Below, in pieces: positions 40,633 to 49,457 of a DNA stretch of 64,000 bases. Within the stretch, counting starts at the first letter, position 1. Each line of letters opens with the position of its first letter. The notes under the pieces are model-generated. The model made no database searches, had not been told where the DNA came from, and saw only the letters and a list, made by a program, of their open reading frames with translations. Both the position numbers and the translations under genes were made by a program. The stretch comes from Hydrurus foetidus (taxonomy: Eukaryota): positions 62,001-126,000 of the forward strand of contig UYFQ01000004.1 of NCBI GenBank assembly GCA_900617105.1, read 5' to 3'.

Positions 40633-42777
40633 ATGCTTACCACCACCCCATCCTGGAGCCGGGACCTGCGCGGCGGCCTGGAGACCGCCCTGCAAGGCCT
40701 GTCCAGCTTCATCGCCCCCATCCTCATTTTGGTCGGGCTATTGGGCAGTGCTGCCTTGGGCGCAGGCTACTGGGCCACGCTGGTGGCGGTCAGTGTGGTT
40801 CCTTTGGCGCGCTTTGCACTGGGGGGCCATGCTGGCCTTCTGTCTACCCCACGTGCGGCATCGCAGACCACCTATGCCACCCTGGTCTATTTGCTCTGCG
40901 CAGCGTCTACAGGTACCCACGCGCCAGGCCTGTCCCAGGGACTGACCCCCGAGCAATTGCGCGCAGGCCTTGCCACCGGTGCGGTCCTGTATTTCTCGGC
41001 CAGTACGCTGGTGTTGCTCACCGGCGTCTTTCGGCTGGGCACTGTGTTCACGATGATCCCGTCGCCGGTCTCCGCCGGGATTGGCAATGGCACAGCCTTG
41101 CTGCTGGCCTGGTTGGCACTGCAGCGGCTCTGGGGGGCGCAATCCAGCGCCGGGCTTACGGCTCTGGCCATGCTGGGCACCTACGCACTGTGGCAATGGC
41201 TGCAACGCAACACGGCGTGGACGCGCGCCATCCCGGCCGTGGTGACATCCGTGTTGATGGGCCTCGCCATGACGAGACTGCTGGCTGCCGAGTTCGCACC
41301 CGCGTTGTCCGTGCTGTCGATAGCACCCGGCCAATGGGTGCCGGTATTGCACGGATCAGATATGGCGCTGGGCGAACTCCCCCGCATGCTGCGGATCGCA
41401 GTGCCCGGCACCATCACGCTGGCGCTCATCATGATTCTGGAGAGTTTCACGGCGGCCGCACTCATGGAAAACCGCTTCAACCTGCGCACCGATGGCAACC
41501 GTGAATTGATCGCATTGGGTGGCGCCAATATGGTCGGCGCACTGGTCGGCGGGGTGCCATGCACCACCAGCGCGCTGGTCAGCGTGGCGCATCGCAGCGC
41601 GGGGGGCCGCGGTGCTTTTGCCGTGCTGGTAGCCTACGCTGCGGCATTGGCGGCACTGCTGCTGGTCGCACCCTGGCTGATCGCCCTTCCTGTGGGAATA
41701 GCCGCTGGCCTGTTGCTGCTGCAATGCGGCCCCTTGGTCGATCCGATATTCCGCGCGCAATTGGTACAACTGCTGCGTCGCCGCACGGCGGCGATCTCGG
41801 ACCTCGGATTTCAAATCACCACGGTGATTTCGCTGATTGGTTTTTTTGGCGACCTGATCTGGGCTTGCATCGTGGGCGTCGCCCTGTCCAGCCTGGCCGT
41901 GCTCAAACGGGTATCCAGCCATCTCACGGCCCAGTGGACTTATCTGGACAGCCGCCGTTCGCGGCGCGTCCGCGGCCCGGAGGAGCTGGGCCTGCTGGGG
42001 CAGCAGGCGCGTACCGTGGGTGTGCTGCAACTGACTGGGCATTTGTTTTTTGGCAACAGCGTGCGCCTGCGGCAGCTTGCCAGCGAGCTCGATGCCCAGG
42101 CCACCCTGGTAGCTCTGGACCTGAGCCAGGTGTACGAAGTGGATCCCAGCGGGGTGAATGCAGTGCGCAATCTGGTGCTCGCCTTGCAGGCAGACGGGCG
42201 CACTGTGTTGCTCAGCGGTCTGGGCAGTTCACCATCGCTAGCCCTACGTGCGGGCTTGGGCCCACTGCCCGGGGTGGCTTACCACCCCGACTTGGACCGC
42301 AGCCTGGAGGACTGCGAAAACCGTCTGTTGGCGAACGCCGGCGTTTTTCACGGTGCCCAGACACAGCCCATTGCCCACAACCAACTCCTGCACGACCTGA
42401 CGCAGGACGAGGTGCAGGCGGTTGTGGCTCTGGGCGAGATGCGCAACGTGGCGCAAGGCGCCACCTTGTTTGACCGGGGCGCGCAGGCCAACGGCATCTG
42501 GCTTCTCACGGCGGGCCAGGTCAGCATCCTGTGGGATGCACAGCAAGATGCAGCGCGGCTGGCAACGCTGGGGCCGGGCCAGTTCGTAGGTGAGATGGGG
42601 CTGATCGATGGCCAAGCGCGCTCCGCCAGTGCGCGGGCTGACACCGCAGTGAGCGCATGGCTTTTGGACCGCCACGCCATTGCTACACTGATGGAACTGC
42701 ACCCCGCTGCGGCCCTGAAAATCACGCGTAATATCGCCAGGGAACTGTCCCTGCGGCTGCGCAGCGTCGCACTCTAA
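40633..42777 (+). CDS. SulP/SLC26-family anion transporter with STAS and cNMP-binding domains
   Basis: IPSPV.AG, D.NRELIALG.AN, L.GHLFFG STAS motif, GPGQFVGEM...RSASA cNMP motif. Confidence 0.82.
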   Translation: MLTTTPSWSRDLRGGLETALQGLSSFIAPILILVGLLGSAALGAGYWATLVAVSVVPLARFALGGHAGLLSTPRAASQTTYATLVYLLCAASTGTHAPGLSQGLTPEQLRAGLATGAVLYFSASTLVLLTGVFRLGTVFTMIPSPVSAGIGNGTALLLAWLALQRLWGAQSSAGLTALAMLGTYALWQWLQRNTAWTRAIPAVVTSVLMGLAMTRLLAAEFAPALSVLSIAPGQWVPVLHGSDMALGELPRMLRIAVPGTITLALIMILESFTAAALMENRFNLRTDGNRELIALGGANMVGALVGGVPCTTSALVSVAHRSAGGRGAFAVLVAYAAALAALLLVAPWLIALPVGIAAGLLLLQCGPLVDPIFRAQLVQLLRRRTAAISDLGFQITTVISLIGFFGDLIWACIVGVALSSLAVLKRVSSHLTAQWTYLDSRRSRRVRGPEELGLLGQQARTVGVLQLTGHLFFGNSVRLRQLASELDAQATLVALDLSQVYEVDPSGVNAVRNLVLALQADGRTVLLSGLGSSPSLALRAGLGPLPGVAYHPDLDRSLEDCENRLLANAGVFHGAQTQPIAHNQLLHDLTQDEVQAVVALGEMRNVAQGATLFDRGAQANGIWLLTAGQVSILWDAQQDAARLATLGPGQFVGEMGLIDGQARSASARADTAVSAWLLDRHAIATLMELHPAAALKITRNIARELSLRLRSVAL

Positions 42778-42797
42778 GGCAAGCCCCTGAGCCCACC

Positions 42798-44129
42798 ATG
42801 AACTCTCACTACGCTGCACCCGGCAAACGGCATCTGCCCGAAGACGATGCGCTGCGCGCTGCACTGCACAACGAGGTCCTGCTGCGCCCCCCGCCCATCA
42901 TGGGCCTGCCGGTGCACTTGCTGTGTGTGGTCGTACGCAATGCGGACGTGGACCTGCAAACTGAATGCGCCCACCTGGCCAAACTCCCGGGGCAAAAAGA
43001 CCTGGATGTCGCCCAGTTGCAAGGGCAACAGCTGCGCATACAGGTCGGCGCCTGCACGCTGCGCTGGGAACGCCATACCGAGTTCACGCGCTACACGCTC
43101 ATGCGTGCCTTGCCACCCGCCACGCTGATCAACGACGTGCCGCAGCAGTATGTGTCGCAGCTGTTTCCGGAGGATGCCTGGCTGGAAAACATTCCAGGCA
43201 AAACGTTGGCCGCTATGCACCTGGTCATGCTGTGGGGCGAGCCCCCGCATGCCGTCACCCGGGCCACGGCCTATGGCCACTGGTTTGCCGAAGGCGCTGC
43301 CGTGGCCGCCCTGATGGGCACCCCACCCCACTCCTGTGTAGTCACCGACCTGGCGTTGCAGCCCGATGGGTTTGAGCGCCTGCTGGTGGTGGCCACGCCG
43401 GGCATGAGCGAACCGCGGGCGGGGCGTATTGCCCAACGCCTGCTGGATATCGAGACCTACCGGATCATGGCGCTGCGTGGCCTGCCCGCCGCGCAGCAGC
43501 TCCAACCCCAGATCGCCGCGATGGAGAACGAACTGGTCGATCTCAGCGGGCAGTTGCGCGGGATTTTGACCAATAACCAGGAGTTACTGGATCAACTCAC
43601 GCCGCTGGCCGCACGTTTGGAGCGCAGCATTGCAGAGCACCGCACCCTCTTCGATGCCAGCCGCGCCTACGCAGCCATCGTCACGCAGCGGCTGACCGAG
43701 TTGCGCGAAAAGCCGGTGCCAGAAACCCGCGCGCTCAGCGAGCTGATGGACCGGCGATTGGCACCGGCCATGGCCACCATGACAGCGACCGGGCAACGCA
43801 TGCGCGATCTGTCGACACGTATCGCGCACACTACGGCTCTGCTGCAAACGCGCATTCACGCCATTGTGGAAGCGCAGAACCGGCATGCCATTGCCACGCT
43901 GCGCAGCACCCAGTCGCTAGTACAGCGCCTGCAACGGACAGTCGCCGGGCTGACCATCGCGGCCACGACCTACTTCATCGTCAGCTTGCTGTGGCAGGCC
44001 GCCCAGGCGCTCAAGACTGGCGGGCTGGCGTTTGAGCCACAGCTCTGGGTGGGGGCGCTGATTCCGGTTGCACTAGGCGGTGTCTGGTGGATGGTGCGCC
44101 GCGTGAACCTGCCGCTGGAAGCCGGTTAG
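42798..44129 (+). CDS. DUF3422 family membrane protein
   Basis: R.ALHNEV..RP, LRWERHTEF, QRLLDIETYR.MAL, RRLAPAMAT, two C-terminal TM helices. Confidence 0.85.
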   Translation: MNSHYAAPGKRHLPEDDALRAALHNEVLLRPPPIMGLPVHLLCVVVRNADVDLQTECAHLAKLPGQKDLDVAQLQGQQLRIQVGACTLRWERHTEFTRYTLMRALPPATLINDVPQQYVSQLFPEDAWLENIPGKTLAAMHLVMLWGEPPHAVTRATAYGHWFAEGAAVAALMGTPPHSCVVTDLALQPDGFERLLVVATPGMSEPRAGRIAQRLLDIETYRIMALRGLPAAQQLQPQIAAMENELVDLSGQLRGILTNNQELLDQLTPLAARLERSIAEHRTLFDASRAYAAIVTQRLTELREKPVPETRALSELMDRRLAPAMATMTATGQRMRDLSTRIAHTTALLQTRIHAIVEAQNRHAIATLRSTQSLVQRLQRTVAGLTIAATTYFIVSLLWQAAQALKTGGLAFEPQLWVGALIPVALGGVWWMVRRVNLPLEAG

Positions 44130-44133
44130 GAAC

Positions 44134-44187
44134 GCTACTAAATTGATAGCTGCTCGCGCAATTCACACGCGGGCTACAGCCTAATTT
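44134..44187 (-). repeat. REP-like intergenic repeat, copy 4 (inverted)
   Basis: Reverse complement reads AAATTAGGCTGTAGCCCGCGTGTGAATTGCGCGAGCAGCTATCAATTTAGTAGC. It sits between DUF3422 and the end of the T6SS operon. Confidence 0.8.
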
Positions 44188-44212
44188 CGTTTGTAACCCG
44201 AGAGACTGCAGG

Positions 44213-47200
44213 TTAGCCCGCCGGTGGCGCTGTCTTCGCCAAGGCTTGCATCCACTGCTGCGCGGCCGCCGCGTCGCTGAACTCCGGCACGGTGGTGCCC
44301 GGCGGCAGGACAAAGCCCTCCGGTAGCGTCAGTCCCGGTGGCAAATTCAAGCCCGCCGGCATCTCCGGCACAGGGAGTGCGGACAGATCGGGCACGGGCA
44401 GCTGCCCCGCCAGGTCGGGGAGTTTCACTTCCGGCAATGCCATATCCTTTGGCAAAGTGAGCCCATCGAGCGAGGGCACGGCAGGTATATCCAGCGCTGG
44501 CATCTCCGGCATGGCCGGGATTTCCGGCATGGCTGGGACCGCGGGCATGGAGGGCACCTCGGGTATGACCATGCCCGGCACGGCGGGCGCGCCTGGGGCC
44601 GGTGGCACGGCGCCGGACGGGGTGGCGGCAGCGGCTGGGGATGCAGCTGCCGCAGAAGACGCTGGCGCAGCGCTGCCGGGAGCGCTCGCTGCACCAGGAG
44701 CTGCTGGCGCACCTGCCGCTTGTGGCGCCTGACCGGCGGCGGCGGTAGATGCTCCAGACGCTGGTGAGGACGTACCCGCGGTGGCTGGGGATGCGGCAGG
44801 CGCAGCGCCAGCGGCCGCTGCTGGAGAGGCGGCTGCGGCACCGCTTCCTGCAGCCGCATCGGCGCCCGTCGCAGGAGTGGCGGCACCACCGCCGGCCGCC
44901 GGAGCGCTGGCGGCTGCAGCGCCGGGACTTGCTGCGGCAGCGGCAGGCGCGGCCCCTGCGGGCGGAGCCGCTGCCGCAGCAGCAGCCGCAGCTTTGGCCG
45001 CCTGGGATTGCCCGCCCTGCGCCACCACGGCGGCATCCATCGTGGCTTCGGCCTTCACCGCGTCAGTCCGCGCCACCTGCGCTTCCTGCTTGGCGCTCTC
45101 GACTTTCTTCTTGGCATCCTCGATCAGTGCCTGCCCCTGGTCGCGCAGCTTTTGCGCCTCTGCATGGGCCTCCTGCGTCTTTTGGGCCATCTTCTCGGAC
45201 GCTTCCTTGACCTTGTCCTTCAGCGCATCCACGGGGGCTGCTACCGAGGCCAGGCTCTCCTGCATCGTGGCCTGTACCGATTCGGCCGCATCGGCCGCCG
45301 GCTGGAAGGCTGCGACGGCATCGTCCTTCATGGTTTTGACCGCGTCCAGCGCCTGGGTCATCTTCGCATTAGGGCCTTCTGTGGCGGCGCTGACCTTGTC
45401 GACCGTGGCCACCGCATCGTCCTTGGCCTTTTGCAGCGCGTCCTGCACGGACTGGCCAGACGATTTCAGCTTGTCGGCCTCGGAGGTGGCTGAGTCGGCG
45501 GCCTCTTTGGCGCTGGCGCCGGCCTTCTTCAGGGCTTCCTGCGCACCGGACATCGTTTGGCGGGCCTCCTGCAGCTTGCTGCTGGCCGATTCCAGTGCGG
45601 CGTTGGCCTGGGTTTTGACGTCATCAATACGGGCCTGCACACCATCGACCTGGCCTCGGGCGGCGTCCAGGGCTGCCTGGCCTTGCGCGGTCAAACGGTC
45701 CACCGTGCTCTGCGCCTGCGCCCATTGGGATTCCAGTTGCGCCGACATGCGCGTGGCCCCATCGCTGACACTGGCGCCCGCCCGCCCCACTGCGGCCTTG
45801 GCTTGGCCCAATGCGGTGCGGGCCTGTGCAAACAGGCCGTCCATAACGCCCAGCGCCTTCTGCAGCTGCACATGGAACTGCTGGCGCAGGTCTTCCGCCA
45901 TGGCCATCAGTTTGGCGGGCGGCTCATGCACCTTGACCTTGAGCAGGTCGATCTGCTGGTGGACCACGCGCATCTGCTGCTTGACCAAATCGATGGGCGG
46001 CTGCATCTGCGCTTGTGCCTTGGAGACCGCGTCCAGCAACTGCGTGCGCATGGCTTCGATCTTGTCATGCACCGGCACCACGGCGGTTTGCTTGATCTCC
46101 ACCACCTTGTCCTGCAGCAGCTGGATTTTTTCCAGCGGCTGGGCCGTGGCCAAAAAATCGTCACGCGCCTGGCGCACCTGGGCCAGCAACGGGTCGGGCT
46201 GTTGCTTGACCTGCTCCACCACGGCATGCATCTGTTCGGACACCGTATCCATTTGGGCACTGGCTTCCTGCACGGCGGCCTTCACCTGGTCGAGTACGAG
46301 GATGACCTGCGCGATGCTTTGTCGCACCAGCTCCACCACCTGCGCCAATACGGGCCGCAGGCCTTCCACCTGCACAATGGCTTGGTCCAACAGGCCGATA
46401 GAGGTATCGCCTGCCGTCTTGACCGTGGTGCGCGCCGTGGCGATGGTGGTCTTGATGCCGGGAATCATGCCCTTGACGCCCATGAACAGCGCACGTGCCG
46501 CCACCATAGCCATGGAACGGGTGACGTACTTGGTGCACACCGCAATGGCGTGGTCACACATCCCGTCAGCCTGCTCCATCTCGCGCGCTGCCTGCGCCAG
46601 ACTGCGGTCGGCCACCACCATGAACTGGCGTATGGTGTCCTGCACCTGGGCGATGGACACTTTGGACAGATCGATCTGCTGCTCCACCACATCAAACTCT
46701 TCCGGCAGGTGGTTCAGCAGCACTTCCAGCCTGTCGATTTCGACCACCACGTCCTGCAGCGCATCCTGCAGGCCATGGATGGCATGGTCCACTGCGGCCA
46801 CCACTTCATCCAGGCTGCGCTTGAGGTTCTCGACGATGCGTTCCAGTCGCTGCAAGGCCGACTCGATGGCGTCCAGAATCCCATTCACCGTCTGCGCCAC
46901 GGTGTCGATCTGCTCGACCACGGTATCGATAGCGGATTCCACCTCGCGCACCGGGTGCAGCACGCCCTCGATGAGCTCGTTCACCTTGTCCTTCAGGGTG
47001 TCGCCCATGTCGCGCAGTTTCAAGAGCTCAGACTCGATGTCGCTGACGGCCGTATCCACCCGCGCAACGATGGGATCCAGCGTACCGCTGACCTCGTCGA
47101 TCAGCGCGTCCACCTTGCCGCGCACGTCCTCCACCATGTCGGCAACCAGCTGCTCGGTCGCATCGGCATCGGTGCGAATGTCGGCGGCCGTGCCGGCGAG

Positions 47201-47845
47201 TGTTGCATCGGTGTTGTCTATTTCCGTCTGCACATCACTGACCAGTTGCTGGATCTTGGCGGTGACTTCCACCTGGGCTGCGATCAGGTCGGCCGGGCGG
47301 GCGCTGCGCAGTTGCTGTGCGCGCTGCTGCAGCGGCGCGAGCTGGTCGGCAAAGGCTTTCATGCGTGGTCCCAGGGCGCGGGCCTTGTCCATCAGGCCCT
47401 TACCCTGCGCGACCACCGCCTCCACCCGCGGTGGCACTGCCGTGACGTCGGGCCGGAGGTCCGCAACGCGCTGCGGCAGGCCCTGGGCCATGGTCACGAT
47501 GTCCTGTACATCGGCAGTCACTCCCGCCAGGTTTTCACCCACCGTGAGCAGGCGCTCGCCCATGCCTTTGAGCTGATCCGCCATGTCTTGTGCCTGCGGC
47601 GGCAGGGACTGCAATGCGGTGAGCAGTGGCCCGGACAGGGCCTGTGGATTCAGTGTGTCCTGCAGCCCCAGGATGGCCTGCGCAATGCCGGTGACCTTTT
47701 CCACCACCAGGTTGACGGTGGCGGTGGCTTCTTCAATGCCGCCAACTACTTCTTCTTCCAGCGTGGCCTTGGCTTTCAGAACCGCATCTACTACCTGGTT
47801 GGCGCCTTCGGTGATGGCGTCGGTCGCCTTGGTAACGAGCTGCAT
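44213..47845 (-). CDS. 1210-aa hypothetical protein: long amphipathic helical region plus Ala/Pro-rich tail; last gene of the T6SS operon
   Basis: Starts 12 nt after the upstream gene. A/Q/V/D/L-rich helical pattern over aa ~1-940, then low-complexity Ala/Pro and PxMP repeats. Confidence 0.85.
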   Translation of the reverse strand: MQLVTKATDAITEGANQVVDAVLKAKATLEEEVVGGIEEATATVNLVVEKVTGIAQAILGLQDTLNPQALSGPLLTALQSLPPQAQDMADQLKGMGERLLTVGENLAGVTADVQDIVTMAQGLPQRVADLRPDVTAVPPRVEAVVAQGKGLMDKARALGPRMKAFADQLAPLQQRAQQLRSARPADLIAAQVEVTAKIQQLVSDVQTEIDNTDATLAGTAADIRTDADATEQLVADMVEDVRGKVDALIDEVSGTLDPIVARVDTAVSDIESELLKLRDMGDTLKDKVNELIEGVLHPVREVESAIDTVVEQIDTVAQTVNGILDAIESALQRLERIVENLKRSLDEVVAAVDHAIHGLQDALQDVVVEIDRLEVLLNHLPEEFDVVEQQIDLSKVSIAQVQDTIRQFMVVADRSLAQAAREMEQADGMCDHAIAVCTKYVTRSMAMVAARALFMGVKGMIPGIKTTIATARTTVKTAGDTSIGLLDQAIVQVEGLRPVLAQVVELVRQSIAQVILVLDQVKAAVQEASAQMDTVSEQMHAVVEQVKQQPDPLLAQVRQARDDFLATAQPLEKIQLLQDKVVEIKQTAVVPVHDKIEAMRTQLLDAVSKAQAQMQPPIDLVKQQMRVVHQQIDLLKVKVHEPPAKLMAMAEDLRQQFHVQLQKALGVMDGLFAQARTALGQAKAAVGRAGASVSDGATRMSAQLESQWAQAQSTVDRLTAQGQAALDAARGQVDGVQARIDDVKTQANAALESASSKLQEARQTMSGAQEALKKAGASAKEAADSATSEADKLKSSGQSVQDALQKAKDDAVATVDKVSAATEGPNAKMTQALDAVKTMKDDAVAAFQPAADAAESVQATMQESLASVAAPVDALKDKVKEASEKMAQKTQEAHAEAQKLRDQGQALIEDAKKKVESAKQEAQVARTDAVKAEATMDAAVVAQGGQSQAAKAAAAAAAAAPPAGAAPAAAAASPGAAAASAPAAGGGAATPATGADAAAGSGAAAASPAAAAGAAPAASPATAGTSSPASGASTAAAGQAPQAAGAPAAPGAASAPGSAAPASSAAAASPAAAATPSGAVPPAPGAPAVPGMVIPEVPSMPAVPAMPEIPAMPEMPALDIPAVPSLDGLTLPKDMALPEVKLPDLAGQLPVPDLSALPVPEMPAGLNLPPGLTLPEGFVLPPGTTVPEFSDAAAAQQWMQALAKTAPPAG

Positions 47846-47857
47846 GGCGCGTCGCTA

Positions 47858-48265
47858 TCAGAGCGCGTCCAGTGTCTTCTTGACGTTGCCGCCCGCTTCG
47901 GTCATGGCTTCCTCGATCTTGGGAATCTGCAGCGGAGCAGGCTCCAGTGACACCCCGGCTTGGTCAACACCGCCAATGGAAACGTCGATCTGTTCCAGCG
48001 TCTGGTCAATCTCGGGCAGCACCTGCGCATTTTCCAGCTGGACCTCCTCCAGGATAGGCAACAGCGGCGGTACCGGCGGCTTGTCGGGCAAGGTGTTGAG
48101 GTTGACCGGCGGTGTGTCGCTGGCTGGTGCAGCCGCTTCTTCCGGGGCCTCTGGCCAGCCCTTCAACATGTGGGACGGCGCGCCCAAGCCACTGCGTCCG
48201 TGCAGCGGCGTCTGCGCCGCCAGGAACTCGCGCATGCGTTGGATGACTTCCGCATCAGACAGCAT
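47858..48265 (-). CDS. Hypothetical acidic protein (135 aa) in the T6SS operon
   Basis: 17 nt downstream of tssA on the same strand; fills the gap to the next gene. Confidence 0.7.
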   Translation of the reverse strand: MLSDAEVIQRMREFLAAQTPLHGRSGLGAPSHMLKGWPEAPEEAAAPASDTPPVNLNTLPDKPPVPPLLPILEEVQLENAQVLPEIDQTLEQIDVSIGGVDQAGVSLEPAPLQIPKIEEAMTEAGGNVKKTLDAL

Positions 48266-48282
48266 AGGTCACCATCTATCGT

Positions 48283-49446
48283 TCAACCCTTGGGGTCTTT
48301 GATGCCCAGCAGGGAGAAATAACGGCTGATATCGCCTTCCTCGCGCACGATCTCCTGCATCAAATCCGCCAGTGACATGCGACCCCACGTGACGGCGCGC
48401 TTGACCAGGTACGGCGTGGGACTGTGCGGCTCCGTCCTATCCAGGTAGTCTGCAACGGCTTCCAGCATGCGATAGGCATCTTCACGGCTGTTGATAGGGC
48501 CCATGGCGTTGTCACTTTCAGGTTTAGGAAGGGTTGCGGGCAGCGGATGCACAGATGCACTGACCACGGGCGATACAGTGGGTGTTGGCGTCACTGGTGC
48601 CACTTGCGCTGGTGTGGGGGCGATCACCGGCGGCGCCTTGGGCTTGGGCTCGCGCCCTGCGATCAAGGTCTCGCACATGCGCTGCATGCGCTGCAAGACT
48701 TCCAATACCTTGGCCACACTGGGCGCCCGCATTCCCATTTTTCCGTCGAGCTCCCGCGTGAAAGCCTCCCACGCCGCCGCGCTTTGAAGCAACAGATTAC
48801 GGTTGTCAATTAGCAGCTGCAATTGCACACCTGAAGCACCTGCCACAATTTCCGAGCGCGTAGGGATGGGGCTCTCGACCACCACATTCTTGGACGATGC
48901 AGCCTTCTTGGCCTCTGGCTTGCGATTCTCCAGCGCCAGGGCCTGATCCCAGTCAAACACGTTCACGGCGCTGGGCATGCGCTCCGGCAAATGCATTAAG
49001 GGCACGCACAGCATGAGCACGCGCGGCAGGTTTTCATTCATCCAGTACAGCGGCGCAATACGGGACTCATCGTCATCTGCCTCAATCTGGGGATGGGCCG
49101 TATCCCAGTACTGCTCAACCAGCCCAGTGATCAGCGTGACTGCAGCAAGGAACCCCTTCAACTGGTGCTGGTGTGTCCAGGCTTCACAAAGCCACGCCGC
49201 CACCTGAAAATCTTTGGAGCGACTGCGCAAAATGGCCGTGGCGTTGTCCGTGACCACGCGCCAGTCGGCCTTTTTTAGAGGCCGCTCCCACTCGCGCATG
49301 GGCAGTCGCGGATCTTCTTCTTCGCGCGCACCCCGTATCGCCAGGTACTGTGGGTCGTAGCGCATGGAGGGGCCCGCTGGCAATTCGCCTGCCACTGGTA
49401 CGAGCAACCCTCCTATGTCCGGCCGGAATTCGTCGGAATCGTCCAT
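48283..49446 (-). CDS. tssA: Type VI secretion protein TssA (ImpA N-terminal domain)
   Basis: RYDP.Y..IR.AREEED, DW..V, SKDFQVAAWL, C-terminal SREDA...EPHSP.PYL..RAV.WG. Confidence 0.92.
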   Translation of the reverse strand: MDDSDEFRPDIGGLLVPVAGELPAGPSMRYDPQYLAIRGAREEEDPRLPMREWERPLKKADWRVVTDNATAILRSRSKDFQVAAWLCEAWTHQHQLKGFLAAVTLITGLVEQYWDTAHPQIEADDDESRIAPLYWMNENLPRVLMLCVPLMHLPERMPSAVNVFDWDQALALENRKPEAKKAASSKNVVVESPIPTRSEIVAGASGVQLQLLIDNRNLLLQSAAAWEAFTRELDGKMGMRAPSVAKVLEVLQRMQRMCETLIAGREPKPKAPPVIAPTPAQVAPVTPTPTVSPVVSASVHPLPATLPKPESDNAMGPINSREDAYRMLEAVADYLDRTEPHSPTPYLVKRAVTWGRMSLADLMQEIVREEGDISRYFSLLGIKDPKG

Positions 49447-49457
49447 GGTGCGAATGC

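Noticed and set aside
44130..44212. Integration site for the T6SS block
   Set aside because: Only a REP-like copy is present; no tRNA, integrase or target duplication is visible.
44781..47950. 931-aa and 797-aa plus-strand ORFs
   Set aside because: They are antisense to the 1210-aa gene, which fits the minus-strand operon. Stop-poor antisense frames are expected in GC-rich, Ala-rich genes.
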